Part shown: piece after piece, positions 1 through 12,549 of the stretch
Layout of the letters: every line of letters begins with the position of its first letter
Position numbering within the stretch: position 1 is the first letter of the stretch
DNA from: Eledone cirrhosa
Lineage: Eukaryota
NCBI GenBank assembly: GCA_964016885.1
Contig: OZ024744.1
Location: 67,270,001-67,334,000 of the forward strand
Direction: 5' to 3'
Length of the DNA stretch: 64,000 nt
Program-made: the position numbers and the translations under genes
Notes under the pieces: model-generated
Told to the model about the DNA's origin: nothing
The model's input: the letters and a program-made list of their open reading frames with translations, nothing else
Databases searched by the model: none

Positions 1-2580
1 CTGATGTTGGATAGCTTTCTCAGTAAAATGTTGTGATCAAAGGCCTTGCTGAAATCAAGGTAGATGACATCAGTGTTGGAGCCTCTCCCAAAGCTCTCAA
101 AATGTCATAAAAGTTATGTAGTAGCTGTGTTAGGCAATCCCTTCCATTACGGAACCCATGTTGGTTGGAGTTCAGGAGATTGTTGCTTTCGAGAAAGTGA
201 GTTATTCGTGATCTCAACACCTTCTCAAATACCTTAATGATATGAGAGGTGAGTGAGATTGGACGGTAATTCACGGCAAGGGATTTGTTTCCCTTTTTGA
301 AAACTGGGACAACAGACTGGGATAGTAAGTTTTCTAGTATATATCCAGCACCCAGTGAGTTCCTTCACAGATTAGCAAGAGGAGATGCACGTTGGTATCG
401 ACACACCTTCAGGACACAAAAAAGGAACCTATCGGGACCTACTGCTGAATTGTGTTTAGTTTCTTTTATTGTCGTTAAGACATCAGGGCGCCAAAGGTTA
501 TGTCCGATATAGTATGTTAAAGATTAACATCACTGATACAGCCCAGATCAACCATATCAGGATTGCTGAAAACAAAGCATATTGTTTCCGCAGTATCTCG
601 CCCATGTTTTTAGCATTATCTTGGAGAGTGCCATTTTCATCAATTAGAGGGCCAACAGTAGAGCCAGTGATTTTGTGTTTTTTCGCAAATGAAAATAATA
701 CTTTGGTATTGAGTTTGATTTTCTCAATGGCCCGGGCCTTTTCAGCGGCTCTTTGATTGTTGACATCATGCTGTTTTGGAGGTTGTGCTTTTTCAATTCT
801 GGTGATGTTATTCAAGTCTGGGTGTGTTGCTGCTGGCAGTTTTTCAGTTTGTTGATTTTTTTGTTTATTCTTTTAATTTTTCTTATAAGTGTCCTTTTAT
901 TTCTAGGGATTCTGTTCTTAGATTTGTTTACAGATCTTAATAGGGTATGTTTTACACATATATTTGTTACAGTGTCTACAAATGTCTGCCAGGACTTTTT
1001 GATGTTAGTGGGTGTGTGAGTGTGAGTGAAAGACTAATCGACATGTTCAAGATCATGATTGATCGCTTCCCAGTTTGTATTATGAACATCCATGGTGTCA
1101 AATGAATGAACAGGAGAGATGTCATTGGGTTTGCGTTTTGGAATCTCAGATCACAGAGAACCATGTCTTGGTCTGAGAGTAGAGGTTTTTCCACTGCAAT
1201 ATTGTGGATAGTGTCAGTGTGGTTTGAAGTTCCCCATCATTAAGATGTTGCCAGGGTTCGATGAAACACTTTATGCTGTTGAGGCATACCTTGAAGCATA
1301 GTAGAGGCTTTTGAGGTGGCCTTTTGAGCCCAACTACTATTAAGTTGTTGGTTTACTGTACACAGTGACGGCTTCACGGTATCCATTGGAAAATATGTTC
1401 TTAGCATCTGTCGAAAAAGAATCATGTACAAAAATGGCAGTCCCACCCTTCTTCTGCCAGCACGATCTGCACGGATAGCTTTAAAATTCTTCACTTACAC
1501 CTCGGCTTCCGAGTGGAGGGGATTGAGATGAGTTTCGGTTAGGATGGTCATAAGCCCAATCCTCAAGAATTTGATCTTCCATTTTTTAGTATTGGTGGAA
1601 GGGCTGATGCCTTGAGCATTAAGCACAAATGTTGAGGCTGGAGTGGTGGTTGATTTTAGTTGACGTTGGGGGTTGTTTGCGAATGACAGCAATGGGAGTG
1701 TGTGCAATGGGGTGGTAGTGGAGGGTGGTGTTGGGTGATGGCTAGAAAGTTTTTTGTAGTTATTTTGCTAGATTCATAGTGGTTAAAAAGGAGGAGGAGG
1801 TTTCTTGTTTAGGGAACTGTAAGTGACTGTAATTGTGGGTATTGAATTGTTTAGGATTTTTATTGTTATTTTTATTTGTGCGTCGGGTCCCCGGAAGATG
1901 GGTAAAAGGATAATCCCGTTGTAGACATAATCTGTCTCGCTGGGAATAGCGGCAGATTTTGGGATTCCGTGTTTTAGCATTTGGTGAAGTTATTGGTGGT
2001 TGTGGTGTTGTTATTTTTGAATATGTGTTTTGGTGTCGGCTGTTGTTGTTTGTAGGGACTGAGCGTTTGTTTTGTCCCGGGTAAATTAATGAATTTGCAG
2101 TACCTGGCAGTACAAAACCTATTACGTAAAGAATACCGGCAAATGATGCGGTTTCATAGGAGTGTGTAAGTGTGTGTTGTAAGAGGAATAGATGATAATT
2201 TGTGTAGGTTTGGGTGTCCTGTGTGAGCTGAGAGAGGTAAATTCCATGAGATAGTAGGAGGTAAAGATGTTGTTTTGGGGTTGATAGTAGTAGGCGGAGG
2301 AGATGTTGACAGTGATGATGATGATGATGGGTTGTTGCTTGAATGAACTATCGGGGCAGTCAGAGGAAGTGATTTTTCGGTTTCCTGCTGTGAACAGCTG
2401 GGATCTGAGAGGTTGATGGTTTCATTTAGTAAGTCATCCATTGTGGTTGAATTGAGGAGTGATTGAAGCTGTTGTTATTCAGATTGAGCAATATTTGAAC
2501 AAACTTGTTGGTGTTGTTGTTGTTGTGGTGGTGGTGGTGGTGGTGGTGGTGGAAGAAATAAATAATGAGAAATGAGATAG
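1..2580 (-). mobile_element. Degenerate CR1/Jockey-group LINE (ORF1 remnant + APE endonuclease + start of RT), running off the window start
   Basis: Minus ORFs give NYRPISLTSHIIKVFEKV..NQHGFRNGRDCLTQLL (RT N-terminus) and VLNAQGI..ILTETHL, IRADR, LSDQDMV (APE motifs), with many frameshifts. Same family as 17040-20040. The 5' boundary is approximate. Confidence 0.85.
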
Positions 2581-2679
2581 ATTGAAGGGACGTGGGGGGG
2601 GGGGGGGTGGAATTGGCAAAAATGTTTCTAAAGAAAAATAACAGGTCCATATATATATAAGTAAAAAGAAATTCAAGTA

Positions 2680-3072
2680 AAAAGAAATTCAAACACTCAT
2701 ATATGAAAAAAACAACCTGTGACAACCCCCCCCCCTTCTTATTTGAAGAACTATTGTAAAGCGAATTGGCGCGAAATTTATTATAATTATTGACAAACCA
2801 ATCAAATTACTTCTCGAAAAACCTGGCATTTCGAGCCACTTTTTCCATATAAAACAAGTAACATTCAGAGACCAACCAGATGTGAGAAAAACCACAGACC
2901 CTCCATCTCAACTCACCTTTTAAAAAGCAGAAGAACTGCGAAACCGGTAAAGGAACCAAATAAATATATATGTTTTTTTTTTAAATAAGACTCCAGTTGC
3001 ATTTTCGATTTCATCTCTTTTTCTTTATACTTTCACTCGTGTAGGACACCGGTTATTTTTCAATTTGTAAAA
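2680..3072 (+). repeat. Unclassified ~390-bp interspersed repeat
   Basis: Reverse-complement copy at ~4325-4735 and a partial copy at ~58595-58800. Confidence 0.7.
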
Positions 3073-3074
3073 AG

Positions 3075-3947
3075 AAACATGGTTTCCGAATAGAACAACA
3101 TGGAGAATGCCTTTAGTCATCAGGAAGTCAATTCTCAGCTAAGTTCCCAGGCGATGCGTCGACACAGGGAACTTATACAAAAATAATTCATGTTGTTCCA
3201 TTCGGAAACCATGTTTATTCCCTTTCAGAAACTAATTAGTTGGAGTGAAATTTTAGTAAGTAAGTTAATTTTTATAATTTTCTTATTTTACGTCTTTCAT
3301 ATAATTGTTCTGCATCCCCTTGCATTGAACCACAAAGTTACTAAGACAAAACCTATATATTTGCTAGCATAGGTACGCATCTGTATATATATGTTGGTAG
3401 ATATACTAATTCTTTATAATTATCTCCAAATTATTTTGTTGAGCAAAAATTTGCCAAAACTGCTACTATAGTTCATAGTAATAGTTCGGCTACTGTCTTC
3501 TTAATACCCCACTCCTCACTGATTAACCTCGTTGTCACGTGTTTGATTCTTTTGAATTTGCCACCGACCAAGAAGGCAGTGATTTTTTCAATGTCTTGGA
3601 ATTTAGTCCTCGCTTGCTTTTTTCCATCCACTGAATTATTTTTGTATAAGTTCCCTATGTCCACGCATCGCCTGGGAACTTAGCTGAGAATTGACTTCCT
3701 GATGACGAAAGGCATTCTCCATGTTGTTCCATTCGAAAACCATGTTTATTCCCTTTCAGAAACTAATTAGTTCGAGTGAAATTTTAGTAAGTAAGTTAAT
3801 TTTTATAATTTTCTTATTTTACGTCTTTCATATAATTGTTCTGCATCCCCTTGCATTGAACCACAAAGTTACTAAGACAAAACCTATATATTTGCTAGCA
3901 TAAGTATGCATCTGTATATATATGTTGGTAGATATACTAATTCTTTA
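3075..3947 (+). repeat. ~531-bp HHR-bearing tandem unit (family A): inverted fragment 3075-3189 followed by ~1.4 direct units
   Basis: Sequence at 3190 recurs at 3721 (period 531). 3075-3189 is the reverse complement of part of the unit. Other copies at 39333-39930 and 63577-63960. Confidence 0.8.
3694..3777 (+). ncRNA. Type I hammerhead ribozyme-like motif (family A; stem I first pair mutated)
   Basis: acttc CTGATGA c gaaagg..cctttc a GAAA ctaattag TT cgagt. Confidence 0.5.
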
Positions 3948-4024
3948 TATATATATATATATATAAATGAAAGGTATAGAAAATATTGTAGCAAAAAGCC
4001 AACAGTATTCCATATATATACATA

Positions 4025-4093
<69 letters not shown>

Positions 4094-4109
4094 TAAAATA
4101 ACAGATTAA

Positions 4110-4160
4110 AGTTTAAGCAAAGAATCGCTGCTTTCACCCTTAACGGGATCTTCTGAAACT
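4110..4160 (-). ncRNA. Type I hammerhead-like motif with U4A core (family B)
   Basis: Reverse complement: agttt CAGAAGA t ccc gttaa ggg t GAAA gca..tgc TT aaact, with distal stem I acagatt/aatctgt. Second copy at ~20457-20507 (+). Confidence 0.5.
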
Positions 4161-4245
4161 AACAAAGCCAATCTGTAAACGCAGTTTGATATATATTTAT
4201 CCTTATCGAGCCCTCTTTGGATTTTAGTCTTGAAATTTATTATTA

Positions 4246-4326
<81 letters not shown>

Positions 4327-4966
4327 AGAAAGTGAGGTTTTTTTACAAAATGAAAAATAACCGAGGTGTCCTACACGAGTGAAAGTATAAAGAAAAATAG
4401 ATGAAATCGAAAATGCAACTGGAGTCTTATTTTTTAAAAAATATATATATTTATTTGGTTCCTTTACCGGTTTCGTAGTTCTTCTGCTTTTCAACAGTAG
4501 AGTTGATATGGAGTGTCTGTGGTTTTCTTACATCTGGTTGGTCTTTGAATGTTATTTGTTTTATATGGAAAAAAGTGGCTCGAAATGCCAGGTTTTCAGA
4601 GAAGTAATTTGACTGGTTGGTCAATAAGTATAATAAATTTCGCGCCAGTTCGCGTTGCAAAGTTCTTCAAACAGGGGGGGGGGGGGCTCAGGTTGTTTTT
4701 TCATATATGAGTGTTTGAATTTCTTTTTATTTAAAAGGGGGGGGAGGCTCACGAAGACTTTTTTAAAAAAATGTAATTTGATTGGTTATAAATGAAATTA
4801 TGGTTGTCACGTGAACAAGTTTTCATTAAATTTCATGCCCGTATTTGGGAATTTATTTTGTAGCTTTTTAGAGAATTTTATGACAATAAAAAAAAGTGGC
4901 TCACGAAGGGTTTTTTTAAATACCTTCCATATACTGTACCGATTGTGTTGTTATTTCTGTTTTACC

Positions 4967-5217
<251 letters not shown>

Positions 5218-5221
5218 TATG

Positions 5222-5252
<31 letters not shown>

Positions 5253-5261
5253 TTTTTTTAG

Positions 5262-6002
5262 CAAGATTCTTTATCTGAAAACGTGTGTTGAAACCGATAT
5301 TGTTATACTTTGGAAGAGTCATATTGCCAATAAGAAACACACGCACCAGTTGCTTTCACTTCAATTTATTATAAATTAAATTTATAAATTTAAGAATTTA
5401 TAAATTTCCGGTTGATTGGTTGGTTCCACAACCAGATGATTGTTCATATATTGTCAAAGTTCTTTCGTCACGCATTCTGTGACCTCTTCAGTGACTGGGG
5501 ATTCTTTTCTTTGTTTTTGTGCCTCTCCTTTGTTCTGTCCTACGCCATCTTGTTTTTTGTGTGTTTTGTGTGCTTAGTTTGCGCATGTGTTACATCCGGG
5601 TGTCTGTGTGTGTTTATATTTGTTTATTTATTTGTTTATTTGCATGTTACTGGTTGCTTGTTTGTTCTATGTGTGTGTGTGTTTTCATTTTGTCCTTAAT
5701 TGTAAGTTGTGATGTTGCTGTTCCATTCATGTTTTCTATTCAATTTTGGTTGGAGTTCATTTATGTTTATTGCCTCTGTGATTTGTCTAAACATTGCGTC
5801 TTTTCTGTGTGTAGATTCTATTTTTATTTCTATGTTCTCTAATTTACCCTTATGTTCTATTTTAGCATGTTGGTGGAGTACTGATGACTCTTTTCTATCT
5901 TGAAGCTCTCGCCAGTGTGCATTTATCCGTTCTCCTATACTACGAGCTGTCTCACCTATGTACACTATATTCTTATCTCTACATTGTCCTTCAGTACATC
6001 TT
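5262..6002 (-). mobile_element. Penelope-like element 3' fragment (GIY-YIG C-terminus + 3' UTR/pLTR)
   Basis: 5696-6002 translates CTEGQCRDKNIVYIGETARSIGERINAHW..SVLHQH..RQITEAININELQPKLN. Homologous copy at 51960-52585. Confidence 0.85.
5453..5495 (-). ncRNA. Minimal type I hammerhead ribozyme in PLE 3' region (family C)
   Basis: Reverse complement: gtca CTGAAGA g gtcac agaatgc gtgac GAAA gaac TT tgac. Confidence 0.7.
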
Positions 6003-6012
6003 ATATATATAT

Positions 6013-6153
6013 AACGAAGGAAGTGTGGTAAGGAACCAGGTGGACCATAACGCACCAGAGTACTCGATACTTTGATAAGTAGAGTAGGTAATAGGAAAAG
6101 AGTCAGGACCCCGACGGCAGAGCTCGAGCCGTTTCGACGGCTATTTCTGGACT
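6013..6153 (-). repeat. Solo terminal fragment of the family G PLE pLTR
   Basis: Matches 39952-40090. Further copies at 25060-25275, 32384-32590 and 39200-39330. Confidence 0.8.
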
Positions 6154-6878
6154 GGTATTCCGATGATTTGATCAGAGACACACACTGTATTTAAGGTCGA
6201 GCGACACAATTTCGAGTGATTATCGGCTTTGAGGCTCATTTGATCAATGAAACAATTGTTAATACTGTAAATAAAACCCTTTTTGTACAGCCGACCATCT
6301 TATTCTTCACTCTTTCACTACTATTACTCCAAGAATGATCTGCATGGGAATTCTCGCAAACTTCCCACCTAACTAAGGAAACCTCTTGTTGAGTCAAACA
6401 ACGCCGTACGTTAAAACTATCCATCGTACAGTGTACTCACAACCGCTCACTGTATTACCTAAAACGATAACTTGTTATCCCAATTATATATATATTTATA
6501 AACCGAAATCTTAGTGATTTCCAGAAGTTAACTGAGCAGATGTTTTTCCCTTATTTTTTTCTCCATTGTCTTTGTTATGTGCAACCCCCACCCCCATTTT
6601 GAATATATATATATTTCTTAATTGTACTTTGTCGTTTACTTTCTTACATCTGTTTACTTTTTACACACACTCAGACACGCATAATATAATTCTTTAGCAC
6701 AAGCCCAACAATTTGAAGGAAGAGGGAAATTGACTGCATTAACACCAGTATTTAACTGGTACTTTATTTTAAAGACCCAGAAGGTGAAAAGAAAAGTTGA
6801 CGTTGGCAGAATTTGATCTCAGAAAGTAAAAGACGGAAGAAAGAACACTTAAGCTGAAACACGTGTGTGTGTGTATGT

Positions 6879-6921
<43 letters not shown>

Positions 6922-6928
6922 TGCATGC

Positions 6929-6991
<63 letters not shown>

Positions 6992-7105
6992 TTTGTATGA
7001 ACGTAACATGATTATTGTATGTGCCTGTATGTTGTAAACGAAAGTTAAAAAGTAATTCTGTATAGAATTATGACGTCTTTCTCTCCCTCTCCCTGTATCT
7101 ACCCT

Positions 7106-7139
<34 letters not shown>

Positions 7140-7342
7140 ATGACGTAATAATAGCAAATGTAATTATATCTTTCATTGGCGAATTCTGTTCTCTAACGTT
7201 TAAAAGTGTGTTCTGCATCTTACAAATCCTCCATTTGTGTAACTAACTGATCAAAGATTTATTTATCTTTGCTGATAGCTTATTTGCTTGTATAACTTTT
7301 CAGCTATATATATATATCTGTATATTGATACATCTATATCTA

Positions 7343-7377
<35 letters not shown>

Positions 7378-7386
7378 ATATATATA

Positions 7387-7426
<40 letters not shown>

Positions 7427-7486
7427 CATACATACACACATATATATATATAATAGAGAGAGAGAGAGAAAGAGAGGGGGAGAGAG

Positions 7487-7544
<58 letters not shown>

Positions 7545-7684
7545 GATAGAGAGAGAGAGAGATAGAGATAGATAGAGAGGGAGATAAATATATATATATA
7601 ATATATATTATATATCATCGTTTAATTACTTGTTTGTTTCCTTGCTTGCTTGTTTATTTGTTACTTATTAAAGTTCATTTAAAA

Positions 7685-7829
7685 ATGTCTGAAACTACTC
7701 CGAATACTCCGAAAACCCGATACGGCCCTGACAAATGCGTAGCAGGAGTTCACCGTTGTCTACAGTTCTTGGTCCTCTGCGTTCGACCGCAAATGGATGA
7801 GGATGAATATGTGGGCCGCAAAAAACGAC
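7685..7829 (+). CDS. Uncharacterised host gene, first visible coding exon (MSETTPNTPK..VGRKKR)
   Basis: Pyrimidine-rich acceptor ending AAG at 7673, ATG at 7685, donor GTAAGC at 7830, phase 1. Confidence 0.7.
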
Positions 7830-7907
7830 GTAAGCTAAAATGAAACTACTTTCTAAAATATATTGTTGCTGTTGGTGGTCATCTTCTTCTTCTTCTTATG
7901 ATGGTCA

Positions 7908-8108
7908 TGGCGGCAGAGTCCTTCCACACGTCTTCTTGAGAGTTCATCCTATCGAAAGCCAACCATCTCCAAATGATCCGGTTGAATCCCATCACCTAAG
8001 CGAAACCCTCGGTTAGCTTCGCTTGGGGATCCAACCAGGATATTTGGGAATGGTTACTTTTGATAGGACGGACTCTCTAAGAAGACGTGTCAAAAGACTC
8101 TGTCGCCA
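7908..8108. repeat. ~200-bp imperfect foldback filling intron 1 (head-to-head LINE-like 3' ends with (GAA)n tails)
   Basis: tggcggcagagtc..acacgtcttctt.. pairs with ..aagaagacgtgt..gactctgtcgcca; flanked by (CTT)n and (GAA)n. Confidence 0.8.
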
Positions 8109-8185
8109 CTACGACCCTCCCAGGAAGGAAAAGATTATTATGAAGAAGAAAAACGATAGGAACAACATTTTTTATATTTTTCCAG

Positions 8186-8260
8186 ACTCGCCTCCTTTAC
8201 ACTCTGATGAGGAATCTGGGAGTGACAATACAAAAGCTCTACAGGCTAAAGTTATAGCGG
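8186..8260 (+). CDS. Host gene coding exon 2 (HSPPLHSDEESGSDNTKALQAKVIA)
   Basis: tttttccag acceptor, GTAAGT donor, 75 nt, phase 1-1, open frame. Confidence 0.75.
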
Positions 8261-8324
8261 GTAAGTTGTAATAAACACTTTCTAGTATTTATTTATTTAA
8301 CACGCCAAACTAGTATTATATTGT

Positions 8325-8488
8325 TCCGGTCGGACGCCATGCTTTGTAGCATAGTTACGGCCCTTTACGGTCTGAGTTCAAATCCCGCCGAGGTTAACTT
8401 TGCCTTTCATCTTTGCGGAGTCGATAAAATAAAGTACCAGTAATGAACTGGGGTAATTTCTGGCCTTGTGCCAAGAGTTGAAACATTA
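8325..8488 (+). mobile_element. tRNA-derived SINE (Meta-domain-like), 5' truncated
   Basis: B-box gagttcaaatcc followed by ctttgcctttcatc..gtcgataaaataaagtaccag; multicopy in this window. Confidence 0.75.
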
Positions 8489-8662
8489 TATTGTTCCTTT
8501 TTTTTTTAAATATGTTATTAGGGATATGTATGTATGAATGTATATATATGTGTGTGGCTATATGTGAATGTGCATACCTAAACAGACATACCCATACATA
8601 CACACACACCACGCATATAAACGAAGTATTAATTTTATTCTTTGATTTTTTTTTGTATTCAG

Positions 8663-8722
8663 TAACGTCTGATCCAGGGTCCTCTATGGGGAGTGCACAT
8701 ACCAGGCACCCATCAATATTTA
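8663..8722 (+). CDS. Host gene coding exon 3 (VTSDPGSSMGSAHTRHPSIF)
   Basis: ttttttgtattcag acceptor, GTAAGT donor, 60 nt, phase 1-1. Confidence 0.75.
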
Positions 8723-8797
8723 GTAAGTTGAGCTTATTGTATTGTTTTGTTGTTCCATTTGCATTTATATATCATATATACACACACACACACACTC

Positions 8798-8864
<67 letters not shown>

Positions 8865-8927
8865 TACACACACACACACACACACGCACATACACACGCA
8901 CACATACATACACACATGTATATATAA

Positions 8928-9222
8928 ATATTGACAATATTAATAAATGGAAAATATATTTATAATACCATATTTATTTTATACGTATTTCAAGAACACT
9001 AAATTTTAGTGTGCTTTCATCAGATAAAATATAATATTTAGTGTTAAGATATTGACATACCTTACCGAAAACTTACTAGTATAAGACCGCTATCGGCAGT
9101 ATCTTAACACCAAATATTATTTATCAGATGAAAGCATACTAATATTTAGTGTCCTTGAAATACGCATAATGAAATAAATATGGTATAATAAAGATATTTT
9201 CCATATATTAATATTGTTAATA
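8928..9222. repeat. Inverted repeat (~125-bp arms), each arm carrying a degenerate hammerhead (family D)
   Basis: Left arm reverse complement: CTGATGA aagcacactaa aat ttagtgttctt GAAA tacgta TA. The right arm has CAGATGA. Confidence 0.65.
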
Positions 9223-9336
9223 TTAATAATACTCTAGAAACATTTTGTAGAGTGCTTCAAATCTGTTATAAAATTTAACTGTTGAATAATCAACAAACCA
9301 TAATAACTCATTGTTTATATATATATGATATTACTG

Positions 9337-9609
<273 letters not shown>

Positions 9610-9645
9610 TATATGTATACATTTTTCATTTTCTTTTATATTCAG

Positions 9646-9672
9646 CCACGGGTCCTAGAAAAAGTTCACGGT
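9646..9672 (+). CDS. Host gene coding micro-exon 4 (TTGPRKSSR)
   Basis: ttttcttttatattcag acceptor, GTAAGT donor, 27 nt, phase 1-1. Confidence 0.7.
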
Positions 9673-9694
9673 GTAAGTTAAAATTTAAACATCC

Positions 9695-9915
9695 ATTGTA
9701 GGGCGTTGGATTTACGATCATAATGTCGTGGGTTCGATTCCTGGGTTGTGTTACTGAGCAAAACACTTCATTTCACGTTGCTCCAGTATTCTCAGATGAA
9801 AATGAGTACCAGTAATAGCTGGGCGTTTAACTCTACTCTCAGTTGCTCACGCCATGAAACCGGGATAAGCACCGGCCTAATGAGACTTCTGGCTTAAGAC
9901 AGACTTTAGACTTTT
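9695..9915 (+). mobile_element. tRNA-derived SINE (second family)
   Basis: tRNA-like head with B-box ggttcgattcc, body tgagcaaaacacttcatttcacgttgctccag, short (agacttt) tail. Confidence 0.6.
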
Positions 9916-10109
9916 AGATATATATATACACACTAATATACTTACACACATACTTACTCATGAATCCTCTGTTCGTCATGGAATACCACGAGCGGGCCTG
10001 TTACGTAAGTCGGATATTTGATTTCGGATGAGTGCTTTGCTAACTCATTCATATTGTAGGTCGACTTTTGCTTGCTCGCAGCCAAAGCTTCGATTTTACT
10101 AAGCTTCCA

Positions 10110-10217
<108 letters not shown>

Positions 10218-10682
10218 ATGTGTGTGTGTGTCTGGAAGCTTAGTAAAATATATATATATATATATAGCTTCTACATGACTAGAACTGTTTCATTGGAATG
10301 AAATCATTAGGCTTCCTTGATTTCCTTCGAATGAAACAGTTCTAGTCTTGTAGAAGCCATTCTATATTAAATATTTATACTCTGTTATGTATTATTCCTC
10401 TATATTTTCTTTGATTTTTTTCTTTTTATATATAGTGATACCCCCATCAGTGACCTTTGCTGTTAATTCGCCACAGGGCAATATGCCTTCCGTAGAATAA
10501 TATATATATATATATATATATATCTACACATCCATACAGGGTAAGTTATAATTGAAAAAATGTCTTTTTTTTTTTTTATGAATATGTTAACTATATCATT
10601 ATGTTCCTCGTGTTTTGTTTGTAGTTTGTTTTTTTGTGTGACTTATTTTATATATTGAATTTTATTTTTGGTTACCCTTTAG

Positions 10683-10801
10683 CTGACTTTTACTCTACTG
10701 GAAGTGATAATGTTGAATATAATTCAACTGATAGTGATGCTGATGTGTATGAGAATCCATGTCCCCCCCTCCCCACCCTTCCCCGAAAAAGTATACTCTA
10801 A
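10683..10801 (+). CDS. Host gene last coding exon (SDFYSTGSDNVEYNSTDSDADVYENPCPPLPTLPRKSIL*)
   Basis: ccctttag acceptor, phase 1, TAA at 10799-10801. The exon continues as UTR to donor GTAAGT at 10901. Confidence 0.6.
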
Positions 10802-10956
10802 TCCTTGGAGTTAAAATTAATCCTCGCTGCCCAGATTCACTTTTCTCCCAAGTTGGAAAAGTTTCGATAGATGTCACCGTGGGATAATATTTGGCATCGG
10901 GTAAGTTATAAATTACGTTGTTTTTAAATACCACATTAAACCAATATAGTTTTCTA

Positions 10957-11382
10957 TATACGCAGTTGATCGCTCGGACTTTTACGAAGCGCTGGGAGGA
11001 AGTTAATATAGTGTTGTATATACGGAGTCGATCTCTCGGACTTTTACGAAATGCTGGAAGAGGGGGGGGTTATACTGTATACGGAGCCGATCTCTCGGAC
11101 TTTTACGAAGCGCTGGGGGGGGGGGGGGGGTTAATATAGTTTACTGTATACGGAGTCGATCTCTCGGACTTTTACGAAGCGCTGGGGGGGGGGGGAGTTA
11201 ATATAGTTTACTGTATACGGAGTAGATCTCTCGGACTTTTACGAAGCGCTGGGGGGAATAAAGTATAATTTTCTATATACGGAGTCGATGTCTCGGACTT
11301 TTACGAAGCGCTGGGGGTAAGTTATACTGTATACGGAGTCGATCTCTCGGACTTTTACGAAGCGCTGGGAGGAAGTTAATAT
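10957..11382. repeat. Minisatellite, 7 units of ~52-69 bp with variable G-runs
   Basis: Core tatacggagtcgatctctcggacttttacgaagcgctggg repeated 7 times. Confidence 0.9.
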
Positions 11383-11442
11383 GAGATTGGTGTGCTCATG
11401 CGCGGAGATGCTACACTTTAGCATCCGCATATGAGCACACTA

Positions 11443-11592
11443 AGTTCTGAGATCAAATCTCACCGAGATTAGCTTTGCCTTTCATCCACTACGGGGTCGA
11501 TAAATAAAGCACCAGTAATGCATTGGGGGTCGATTTAATCGACTTTTCCATCCCCTTCAAATTGCTGGCCTTATGTCTAAAATAGAAACAAT
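11443..11592 (+). mobile_element. Meta-like SINE fragment
   Basis: ctttgcctttcatcc..ggggtcgataaataaagcaccag. Confidence 0.65.
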
Positions 11593-11676
11593 TATAGTTT
11601 TGTTTTCACTTCATCGATATATGTGTTATATTGTATATGTATATAAATTTAGAATCGTTTTTATCTTTGCTTTCAG

Positions 11677-11800
11677 ACATGTGAAACCAGTTGAAGATAA
11701 TTTTAGTCAAGAGATGGGCGATTAAAACATCATTCTGCCTTAAGACATATCAAGGCCGAAAGAATGGGCACAATAAAAATTGATTATTGACGAAATATTA
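11677..11800 (+). other. Putative 3' UTR terminal exon of the host gene
   Basis: tttatctttgctttcag acceptor, AATAAA at ~11772; the end is uncertain. Confidence 0.35.
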
Positions 11801-12097
11801 GCCAACCAGCTAAATCGATATCAGTATTTAAGTTTGATGACTGCATTTTGGAAGGGGCGACGAAATGCAGACATCGAAGTCAAATTGGCTATATACCTTT
11901 CAAACTGTACGATATTTCGTCAATGCTAATATCAATAATCAATTTTTGTTGTGCCCATTCTTTGCGGAAGACTCAAATACAACAGTTGACCGCGAGAGAA
12001 ATTTGAACTCAAAGAACTAAAGCATATGTCAGCCGAACTAATAAAGCTTCTGAGAATCCACCGCCATCAAGTTATCTAAGCATTAACTATTATTTAG

Positions 12098-12374
12098 ATC
12101 TTGACTCAATTGATTAATAAATATAAAAATCAAGATATGAGGGTCTATTCGAATGTTTTATCAACCCTTCGTAAATATCTCATCTCTCTCTCTCTTTCTC
12201 GCTCTTTGTCAAACATTTCTAAGACCCACTCTCTGTCCACCCTCTCTCTCTATCTTTCTGTTCCCTCTCTCTTTCTCCCCCCCCCCCTCATCTTGACTCA
12301 ATTGATTAATAAATATAAAAATCAAGATATGAGGCTCTATTCGAATGTTTTATCAACCCTTCGTAAATATCTCA

Positions 12375-12405
<31 letters not shown>

Positions 12406-12440
12406 CTCGCTCTCTGTCAAGCATTTCTAAGACCCACTGA
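12098..12440. repeat. Local tandem duplication (~191-bp period)
   Basis: atcttgactcaattgattaataaatataaaaatcaagatatgagg.. occurs at 12098 and 12289. Confidence 0.85.
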
Positions 12441-12549
12441 AATGCCAGGATGAACCCACAGTCTAAGGTCTACCGTGACATCCCAACGACTGCCTGGAAC
12501 TTGATTGGTTTAATACAAAAGAAAACAAACTTGCATTGAAAAAAGCAAA

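Noticed and set aside
8203-8240. CTGATGA in exon 2
   Set aside because: It encodes SDE; no GAAA or stems follow.
10957-11382. CRISPR-like repeat/spacer appearance
   Set aside because: The linkers are homologous to each other (G-run + ttaatata), the context is eukaryotic, and there are no cas genes.
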